From an uncultured archaeon (GTDB lineage Archaea > Iainarchaeota > Iainarchaeia > Iainarchaeales > JAAZKV01): DNA of 15,457 nt. Location: NCBI GenBank assembly GCA_964551375.1, contig CAZKBG010000002.1, positions 1 to 15,457 on the forward strand, read 5' to 3'. The notes under the pieces were generated by a model that searched no databases, was not told where the DNA came from, and saw only the letters and a list, made by a program, of their open reading frames with translations. Below are positions 1 to 6,303 of the stretch, piece after piece. Position 1 is the first letter of the stretch. Each line of letters begins with the position of its first letter. The position numbers and the translations under genes are program-made.

Positions 1-3
1 TCT

Positions 4-76
4 GCCACTGTAGATCAGCAGTTAGATCGCCTGACTCATAATCAGGAGGTCGGCGGTGCGATTCCGCCTAGTGGCA
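4..76 (+). tRNA. tRNA-Met, anticodon CAT (elongator Met, or Ile2-type if C34 is modified)
   Basis: Hand-folded cloverleaf. Acceptor 4-10/69-75 (7 bp, one G.U). D stem 13-16/25-28. Anticodon stem 30-34/42-46 with loop CTCATAA (CAT at 37-39, U33 and A37 present). T stem 52-56/64-68. Discriminator A76. No encoded CCA. It does not start AGCGGG as archaeal initiators do. Confidence 0.85.
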
Positions 77-90
77 TTAATATTTATTAA
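77..90 (+). promoter_or_regulatory. TATA-like box for the 114..710 gene (near-leaderless)
   Basis: TTAATATTTATTAA is centred ~30 nt upstream of ATG 114. No SD lies between them. Confidence 0.3.
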
Positions 91-113
91 CTTCAAAAAC
101 ATACTTTTGGCTG

Positions 114-710
114 ATGAATTCATCAAAACAGCTGTTGTTGTTAATAGTTCTGCTAGTTTTAATCGCTCTTTTTTTCGGCTGCTCAAGCAAAGCATCTTAT
201 TGTGAAAGCAGGAAAGGAATGGCAAGAGAGATGTGCTATTCAAATGAAGCAGCTCTAAATCAAGACCCTGCTCTGTGTTATAATATTGAAAGCGAAAATT
301 ACCGGAACTTTTGCATTTTGGGCGCAAACGATCCAAAAAATGCTTTAGATTATGATTTAAACGACACAAATTATTCAGCAGTCCAAACTCAAACTCCAAG
401 CCAGCCTGAGATTGGAATAACAATACACCCTGTTACACAAATGCCAAAAGATGCAGAGTACACATTCAGCGCAAAGATATGCAACAACAGCACAAACGAC
501 CTTAACGGAGTATTCGTTGCAGAAGTCAGCAAAAATATATCTTTTGCTGGTCAGTTTGGAGTAAACAGAGAATTTCCCCTAAAAGCACATGACTGTAAAG
601 TAATTTATGATGTAATAACTCCGACAACCGCAGGGGAAGGAACACTTACAATTAACTACAAGACTCAAAAAAATACTTACTCTGAATCAGTTCCAATAAC
701 AGTTCAATAA
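114..710 (+). CDS. Secreted lipoprotein-like protein: Cys-rich N-terminal region plus a C-terminal Ig/CARDB-like beta domain, function unknown
   Basis: 198-aa ORF. N-terminus MNSSKQLLLLIVLLVLIALFFGC has a hydrophobic h-region ending in a lipobox-like FFGC. The mature part has spaced Cys residues (YCESRK..REMCY..ALCY..RNFCI). The C-terminal half is beta-rich, with an alternating polar/hydrophobic pattern. Confidence 0.6.
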   Translation: MNSSKQLLLLIVLLVLIALFFGCSSKASYCESRKGMAREMCYSNEAALNQDPALCYNIESENYRNFCILGANDPKNALDYDLNDTNYSAVQTQTPSQPEIGITIHPVTQMPKDAEYTFSAKICNNSTNDLNGVFVAEVSKNISFAGQFGVNREFPLKAHDCKVIYDVITPTTAGEGTLTINYKTQKNTYSESVPITVQ

Positions 711-787
711 TTCAAAAACCTAATTTTCACTACTAGCAAATATTATTATAGCCAGCGAAACTTAACTTTGTTAGATAAGTGAGCTAA

Positions 788-1396
788 ATGCCTGATAGTA
801 TTTATGATAAAGTAAGACTTGCAGTAGGAAAAGTAGTGGATGCAAGCGCGCACTTAAACGCAGCCGCAACTGCTGAAAAAATCGGCAAAACGCTTGGATT
901 AAGCGAAGCAATGATACAATTCACTCACATTGAACTAAGAAACTCTGTTTACGAACCTGAATACAAAAAAATTCCTTACTCTGAAAGAATAGTATTCTTA
1001 CCGCACTGCACAAGAAACAATAAAGTGTGCAAAGCAACAGTGGACGGAGAAGGAATTCACTGCAAGAATTGCGGCGGATGCGCAATTGATGAAGTGACAA
1101 AAATCGCAAAAGAACTCGGATACATGGGAGTATTCACTGCGCACGGCGGAAGCATGGTAAAAAAAATAATTGAAAAATACAAACCAAAAGCAGTTGTCGG
1201 CGTATGCTGTTTTCCTGAAGCATTAATGGGGATAGAAGGAGTAAAAGCACTAGGAAGAATACCCCAAGCGGTTCTGCTTCTTAATGACGGGTGCCAGGAC
1301 ACAGTAATGAATATTCCTTTACTAAGAGAAAAAATGCAGATGATTAATGCAACAGTTCTTGAAGAAAGCAAAAAAACAAAAGCAAAAAGAAAATAG
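788..1396 (+). CDS. DUF116-family Cys-rich protein (probable metal/Fe-S binding, function unknown)
   Basis: 202-aa ORF. It shows the pattern I associate with DUF116: FLPHCTR..C..(x)..HCKNCGGCAI followed by VVGVCCFPEAL. The call comes from motif memory, not a search. Confidence 0.6.
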   Translation: MPDSIYDKVRLAVGKVVDASAHLNAAATAEKIGKTLGLSEAMIQFTHIELRNSVYEPEYKKIPYSERIVFLPHCTRNNKVCKATVDGEGIHCKNCGGCAIDEVTKIAKELGYMGVFTAHGGSMVKKIIEKYKPKAVVGVCCFPEALMGIEGVKALGRIPQAVLLLNDGCQDTVMNIPLLREKMQMINATVLEESKKTKAKRK

Positions 1397-1424
1397 CTCT
1401 TAAAAATTTTAATTAAACTAAATT

Positions 1425-2084
1425 TTAATCAATTAATCTAACAAACCGCTCAATTTCCTCAAAATTCTTTGCTAAAAATAGAGGTCTAAATCTTCTCAAC
1501 TGATTTTCAGTAGAAATGCCGGTGGATTTTGCAATAAATTTAACTCCAAGACGCTGGCACATCAAACCATCCTGAATAGAATCTCCAATAAATACAATTT
1601 CGCTTGGTTTTAATTTTAATTTCTTCAACGCAACAACAAGAGGCTCCACATCGGGCTTTTTATGTTCCACATCATCGCTTGTAATGATAAATTTTAACTG
1701 CGATTTTGTTTTCTTATCAAAAACCGTGTCAACAAAAAGGTGCCTTGAGCCAGTAACTACTCCAAGCGGGAATTTTTTAGACATTTTTGCAATAAACTCT
1801 TTTGAATCCTTAAACCACAAAGACTTTGCTTTATTCTTTTTTAGTAGTTTAACAAAATACTTTCTTCTAAATTCAACAAACTTAGGCAAATCAATTACTT
1901 GTTTAGTTGAATCCATCAAATAATACGCAATATCCCTTGAGTGAAGCAAAGACAAATCCCTCATCTTTTGGGGAGTCACTTTAAAACCAAATTCCTTAAT
2001 CGCAGCGCTATCACTTTGCATAATCAGCGGAACAGAATTAATCAAAGTCCCATCAAGATCAATCAAAATAGCCCTAATTTTCAT
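1425..2084 (-). CDS. HAD-superfamily phosphatase (subfamily IA-like)
   Basis: 219-aa ORF with all four HAD motifs: I = LIDLDGTL (DxDxT), II = VVTGS, III = HKKPD, IV = FIGDSIQD. Confidence 0.85.
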   Translation of the reverse strand: MKIRAILIDLDGTLINSVPLIMQSDSAAIKEFGFKVTPQKMRDLSLLHSRDIAYYLMDSTKQVIDLPKFVEFRRKYFVKLLKKNKAKSLWFKDSKEFIAKMSKKFPLGVVTGSRHLFVDTVFDKKTKSQLKFIITSDDVEHKKPDVEPLVVALKKLKLKPSEIVFIGDSIQDGLMCQRLGVKFIAKSTGISTENQLRRFRPLFLAKNFEEIERFVRLID

Positions 2085-2108
2085 ATCGGAAAGATTAAAC
2101 CACTAACC

Positions 2109-2116
2109 AATATAAA
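2109..2116 (-). promoter_or_regulatory. TATA box for the HAD gene (leaderless)
   Basis: The minus strand reads TTTATATT, centred ~28 nt upstream of ATG at 2084. Confidence 0.35.
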
Positions 2117-2173
2117 CCTAACCAGAAGATGAATTCTATAAGCAAGCCAACTAGCTAAGTTAGTTGAACTATT

Positions 2174-2320
2174 GCCCCGATAGTGCAGTGGTCAAGCACG
2201 TCACCCTCTCACTGCCTTTTCTCTTTTAGGAAAAGAGAAAAGCTAAGTTGCCAAAAGAGAAAAACTTTTGACGACTGCAAGAGTGCGGTGGAGACCCGGG
2301 TCCGAATCCCGGTCGGGGTA
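2174..2320 (+). tRNA. tRNA-Glu, anticodon CTC, interrupted by a 74-nt intron at the canonical 37/38 position
   Basis: Acceptor 2174-2180/2313-2319 (G1.U72 wobble), discriminator A2320. D stem GTGC/GCAC with loop AGTGGTCAA. Anticodon stem TCACC (2201-2205)/GGTGG (2287-2291). 5' half-loop CTCTCA (2206-2211) plus C2286. T stem CCGGG/CCCGG. Mature length is 73 nt. Confidence 0.85.
2212..2285 (+). other. Archaeal tRNA intron with a bulge-helix-bulge splice motif
   Basis: 3-nt bulge TGC (2284-2286). 4-bp helix CTCT (2206-2209)/AGAG (2280-2283). 3-nt bulge CAC (2210-2212). Outer helix TGC (2213-2215)/GCA (2277-2279). Cleavage after the 2nd bulge nucleotide gives exactly the 37/38 junction. Confidence 0.8.
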
Positions 2321-2381
2321 TTAGAGAAAATGGTTGTGTATACTCCCTGTTTCTTAAAGTTAACTCCAATGATACGCACTA

Positions 2382-2390
2382 TTTTATATT
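2382..2390 (+). promoter_or_regulatory. TATA box upstream of the 2421..5478 gene cassette
   Basis: TTTTATATT lies ~35 nt upstream of GTG 2421. A partial SD (AGGT, 2411-2414) lies between them. Confidence 0.3.
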
Positions 2391-2420
2391 TTGCCGTAGT
2401 ATTTTAAGCTAGGTAATATC

Positions 2421-3593
2421 GTGCTTTTTGAGGTTTCAACAGGAAGGAATGAAATTCAAGTCATGGGAAATAATGCAGTGCTTAAAAGAAAAAATGGCGA
2501 AAGCATTCCAATACCATCAACAAGCGCGCTTGCAAAGCTTTACAAGGAACTAGCTGCTAAAAATACGCCTGAAGTGCAAAAAAAGCTAAAGGATTATTCT
2601 GATAAGTTCCCAAAAATAATGGAAGGGGACACAATAATTACAGGCGATAATACAATAGTAATTGTCCGCTCTTCATACAACAAGGGAAAAGACAAACCGA
2701 TTGAAGGAATGAAGCAAACTGCATCAAAATCAATTAATTTTGGCCCTGATTCTGAAATACGATTTTTAGGAGTTAAAAAATGGATCCGAGAGGACAAAAC
2801 CGCTCAGAAAAAATACTTTGGCGAAATGATTGAAACAATAGAAGTAAAAAAAGCAGGTTTCTTTTACTGCTCATACAGCAACTGCGAGGACACTTTAATC
2901 ACCCCAACAGCGCTTGTGGACTTTTTAGGTCTTGGAGGAGGCGTAACATTTGATTATTACAACGGAGCGCTTTATAGCGTTCCATGCCCTTCTGAAGGAA
3001 TTGGCGAAAAAGGAAGCATAAAATTCACAAACAAAAACACCAAAAAATTTTTTACCTCAAAAACAATTGAAGAAGTAATTGTCACAAGCAACGCAATTTA
3101 CAAAAAATCCTTTGCCAAGATGGACCAAATAAACTTTTTCTCCGCAAGCCAAATTGGAATGCTCGCAGTGAAAGATTTTATTCCTGATACAAGCGAAGAC
3201 CAGTACGCGCAAATGGCTAAAACAGGGGACAAAATGATGGAAGTATTTGCAAATATTGAAATGTTTAAGCAAATGGATCCAAAAGATATTATAAAATTGG
3301 CAAAGCAGGGAGGCGCCACACCCGAACAACTAAAAGAATTTGAAGACTTGCCTGAAAAACTTAAAATGATGGAAAAACAAATGCCAATGGATAAAGTAAT
3401 CAACGTTGTAGCACAGCAAAAGGCGTTCTATGAAGGAATGGGCGCGCAGGGATTTGCAAGCATGGCAAAAGTGCAAAAAAAAGCCCAAGTCAAAATGAAC
3501 GAACACTTTGACAAGGAATTCAAAGAATTTGCAAACAAGTCAAAAGAACCAAGAAAATACGGACCATTAACAAACGAATTTAAGGTGGCTTAA
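2421..3593 (+). CDS. Hypothetical cytoplasmic protein 'A': beta-rich N-terminal two-thirds plus a Met/Lys/Glu-rich helical tail. No recognisable family.
   Basis: 390-aa ORF from GTG 2421, with an alternative ATG at 2463 (Met15). No signal peptide or TM segment. No nucleotide-binding or catalytic motif that I recognise. Shares motifs with the next gene (see findings). Confidence 0.7.
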   Translation: MLFEVSTGRNEIQVMGNNAVLKRKNGESIPIPSTSALAKLYKELAAKNTPEVQKKLKDYSDKFPKIMEGDTIITGDNTIVIVRSSYNKGKDKPIEGMKQTASKSINFGPDSEIRFLGVKKWIREDKTAQKKYFGEMIETIEVKKAGFFYCSYSNCEDTLITPTALVDFLGLGGGVTFDYYNGALYSVPCPSEGIGEKGSIKFTNKNTKKFFTSKTIEEVIVTSNAIYKKSFAKMDQINFFSASQIGMLAVKDFIPDTSEDQYAQMAKTGDKMMEVFANIEMFKQMDPKDIIKLAKQGGATPEQLKEFEDLPEKLKMMEKQMPMDKVINVVAQQKAFYEGMGAQGFASMAKVQKKAQVKMNEHFDKEFKEFANKSKEPRKYGPLTNEFKVA

Positions 3594-3595
3594 TT

Positions 3596-5137
3596 ATGGC
3601 TGAAAAGAAAAAAATAAAACAGAAAAACATTGTTCAAAAAACTTCGGTCAAAAAAACGGCAAATAAAGAAGAAACTATTATTGATAAGGATCTTGCTGAA
3701 AAAATGATGAAAGCAAAAGAAGATGCAATGAAAAAGTTTAACTCAGTTGCCATGGGAAACTCAAAAGAAATAGAAGAATCAAGAGAAAAAGGAAAGCAAG
3801 TCGGCGCAATTTATAAGGAACTTGAAGAGTGCAACAAAATTGAGGAAGAATTCAAGACAAATCCTCCCTTAATGACAAGCGTTCATATTAATGGAAAACT
3901 CATTTCACAGGTTTATGATAAAGGAGTTATAGATAAAATTGCAATGCTAAAAAAACACTCGATTTCGTTTACTCCTGCTGTACACCACCAGTCAACTTTT
4001 GGAATAGAGTTTAAGGTGTTTGGCAGGGCTTATGTAAAAAGAAGCGGGCAAAAAATTCCTCTTGAAGAAAGCTTTACAGAAAATACTTTCGTTCTAAAAG
4101 ACGGCGATATTATAGGCACTGAAAATTCATCATACGTTTTTGACTTAAAAGAATACAACGAGACAGACAAAAAAAGCACAAGCATTATCATTTATCCAAA
4201 AAGTGAAATGCGCTTTTCGCTTAATGAAACCGTGACAAACCCAGCGCCCGCATTTATGGACCCTTCCAAAGTGTCAAACGCAATAAAAAGCAAGTCAAAA
4301 TCAACTGTTATTAGCCAAAAACTAACGCAAGTTGAACCATTACAGGGATTATTTTTTATTTCAATAAAAAGAGAAGGAAATGATGTGACCAAAATGCTGA
4401 AATTTGGAGCTTCATATCCAAAAATAAAATTTAAATCAGCTTCGGCAATTTATGCTGGCGTAGTAGGAGACTTAATGGAAAAAATGAAAGCGCAAAACCC
4501 AAAACTCGCGCAAATTTACGAAGCAAAGACAAACATGAGCTCAAATATTAAGGGGGCTGCAAATAGAACTTGCGATGAAATAACAGGATTCTTTGAATTA
4601 TCCGGTGACGGCTCAATAGTTATTACAAGAAGCGGGAATTTAATAGTTCATGAAAGCATCGGCAAAGAAACAAGAAAAGTTCCCACAAACGCGCTCAAGC
4701 CGATAAAAGCAACTTTTACTCATGACGCACTCTATGAAACTGATACTGGAAAGAATCCTGACAATAGAGTTGCCAAAATGGTGGAACAAGCTGCCTCCCT
4801 ATCAATATATGCGGGCGCGATAAATATGAAGAAAAGCATAGAAGAAAGGGGGAAAATAATGGGCAAGGCAAGCTCAACAAAAGATGCAAGCGTCCAAAAA
4901 GAAACCGAAGGAATGCTAAGATACGCGCAGGAAAGCGGGGATAAGGAACTCATTGAAGCTGCGCAGGCACAAATGAAATCAATGCAAAGTTATCTAAACA
5001 GCGGAGGAAGCGCGGCTGAAGAAAATGGAATACTAAAGTCCATAGCAGAATATGAAAAACAAATAAGCGCAGTAAAACCAAAACTATTATCAAGTCTTTC
5101 GCCTTATTCAAGTCCTTCGGGAAGCGACAAAGCTTAA
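3596..5137 (+). CDS. Hypothetical cytoplasmic protein 'B', paralogous to protein A. Has a Lys-rich N-terminus and a Ser/Pro tail.
   Basis: 513-aa ORF. SD AAGGTGG (3582-3588) lies inside the 3' end of the upstream gene, and its stop is 2 nt before ATG 3596, which suggests translational coupling. No TM segment or signal peptide. Confidence 0.75.
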   Translation: MAEKKKIKQKNIVQKTSVKKTANKEETIIDKDLAEKMMKAKEDAMKKFNSVAMGNSKEIEESREKGKQVGAIYKELEECNKIEEEFKTNPPLMTSVHINGKLISQVYDKGVIDKIAMLKKHSISFTPAVHHQSTFGIEFKVFGRAYVKRSGQKIPLEESFTENTFVLKDGDIIGTENSSYVFDLKEYNETDKKSTSIIIYPKSEMRFSLNETVTNPAPAFMDPSKVSNAIKSKSKSTVISQKLTQVEPLQGLFFISIKREGNDVTKMLKFGASYPKIKFKSASAIYAGVVGDLMEKMKAQNPKLAQIYEAKTNMSSNIKGAANRTCDEITGFFELSGDGSIVITRSGNLIVHESIGKETRKVPTNALKPIKATFTHDALYETDTGKNPDNRVAKMVEQAASLSIYAGAINMKKSIEERGKIMGKASSTKDASVQKETEGMLRYAQESGDKELIEAAQAQMKSMQSYLNSGGSAAEENGILKSIAEYEKQISAVKPKLLSSLSPYSSPSGSDKA

Positions 5138-5175
5138 GAATTTAAAAGTTATAATTAATGCACGGAGGTGCAATT

Positions 5176-5478
5176 ATGGGAATAATGGATGATGCTTTAG
5201 GAAATATTGTTAATCGAACAAAAGACTCTCTTTCCTACAAAGCAGGCGATTTAATTACTGGCGCTGCTGTTAAAGGAGCAGGAAAAATTGCCAATAAAGC
5301 AACAGGTGCAAAAAGCGCCGTGCTTGATAAATGCCCAAAATGCAAGACAAAACTCCAGCCGGATGCAAAGTTCTGTCCTTCATGCGGACAAGCATTAGTA
5401 GTAACATGCCCTAAATGCAATGTTGCATACCAGTTAGGAACAAAGTTTTGCACACAATGCGGCGGAAAATTAGCATAA
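5176..5478 (+). CDS. Double zinc-ribbon protein (DZR-like)
   Basis: Two CxxC-x(10-12)-CxxC ribbons: CPKCKTKLQPDAKFCPSCG and CPKCNVAYQLGTKFCTQCG. The ORF opens at 5158, but a strong SD (GGAGGTG, 5163-5169) sits 6 nt before ATG 5176, so 5176 is the likelier start. Confidence 0.75.
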   Translation: MGIMDDALGNIVNRTKDSLSYKAGDLITGAAVKGAGKIANKATGAKSAVLDKCPKCKTKLQPDAKFCPSCGQALVVTCPKCNVAYQLGTKFCTQCGGKLA

Positions 5479-5588
5479 CAAAATTGCTTTTGACTGCCCT
5501 GTTGTGCAGATATTATACTGCATGTAATTGTTGCTTCAATTTAGTTGAAAATATGCTTCTAATTGGATTCAAAAGCCGAAATACTTTG

Positions 5589-5597
5589 TTTTATATA
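5589..5597 (+). promoter_or_regulatory. TATA box for the pilin-like/giant-protein gene pair (leaderless transcript)
   Basis: TTTTATATA is centred ~26 nt upstream of ATG 5619 with no SD between them. It lies in a 140-nt intergenic gap. Confidence 0.45.
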
Positions 5598-5618
5598 TTT
5601 CCAAGTTATTAACTTAAT

Positions 5619-6302
5619 ATGCAAAAAACTGGTTTTAGGGCGCGAGAGAAAGAGTTGGTTGCCCAAGGGACAATCGAGTATCTTGTTATTATTGCGGTTG
5701 TTATAGTTTTGGCGTTGGTTGCTTCTTATTTTATGTTTGCTTCTATGGGTTCTGCTTCTCAGGCTGATAAGGCTTCTTTGAAGGCTGCTTGGCAGTCTAA
5801 GGAAGTGGGGATTGCTGATTTTGCGGTTAATGAGGATGGGAATGGGCAGATTGCGATTATGAATAATTCTTCAGGGCTTGCGAGGATAAAAAAAGTTTAT
5901 ATTAATGGGGTTTTGACTTATGATGGGACTTTGCCGCTTTCGCAGTTTGATAGGTATACTATTGGTTCGTTTGCGAGTGCGGTTGCTTCGTGTAGTTCTA
6001 ATGTAAGGTATAGGATAAGAATTATTTATGAGTCTGAGTCGGGTCTTGAGCAGATTGTTGAGGGGGATTTGTATGCGGAGTGTATTCCGAATTTTTTGGT
6101 GAGTGGTTTCTTTTCTTTGGGCGCGGGGGTTGATTTTAATTCTGGTGCTTCAGATAATGTTGCTCTTCAAGATGGGAATTATGCCTTAGTGGATACTAAT
6201 TTGTTTAATTCGGTTGTTCTTGATAATATTTCTGATTTGAGTGTTGTTGATTCTAATACGAGTCATGTTGGTGGGCAAGTAATTTTAGGGCAGGCGAGCT
6301 AA
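5619..6302 (+). CDS. Archaeal type IV pilin-like protein with a class III (prepilin-type) signal peptide
   Basis: 227-aa ORF. The charged N-terminus MQKTGFRAREKELV is followed by AQGTIEYLVIIAVVIVLALVASYF (5661-5730). This matches the class III / DUF361-type motif (A/G)Q(G/A)xxEYL plus a hydrophobic helix. The remainder is beta-rich. Confidence 0.75.
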   Translation: MQKTGFRAREKELVAQGTIEYLVIIAVVIVLALVASYFMFASMGSASQADKASLKAAWQSKEVGIADFAVNEDGNGQIAIMNNSSGLARIKKVYINGVLTYDGTLPLSQFDRYTIGSFASAVASCSSNVRYRIRIIYESESGLEQIVEGDLYAECIPNFLVSGFFSLGAGVDFNSGASDNVALQDGNYALVDTNLFNSVVLDNISDLSVVDSNTSHVGGQVILGQAS

Positions 6303-6303
6303 A

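Noticed and set aside
22-423. 133-aa minus-strand ORF
   Set aside because: It overlaps the tRNA-Met and runs antisense to the better-supported lipoprotein-like gene. Its sequence is low-complexity with no start context.
2212-2285. C/D-box guide sRNA embedded in the tRNA intron
   Set aside because: There is no RUGAUGA C box. The nearest match, TTGACGA (2268-2274), has a mismatch and abuts CTGC rather than a CUGA D box, which is the wrong spacing.
2183-2407. 74-aa plus-strand ORF
   Set aside because: It is read straight through the tRNA-Glu exons and intron, so it is an artefact.
5504-5523. Hairpin GTGCAG-N8-CTGCAT downstream of the zinc-ribbon gene as a terminator
   Set aside because: The stem is only 5-6 bp with no following oligo-T run. 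Archaeal termination relies mainly on T-tracts, so the evidence is too weak to call.
5415-5612. 65-aa plus-strand ORF spanning the zinc-ribbon gene's 3' end and the intergenic region
   Set aside because: It overlaps the Cys-motif-supported zinc-ribbon frame and the TATA box of the next gene. It has no SD and an odd composition.
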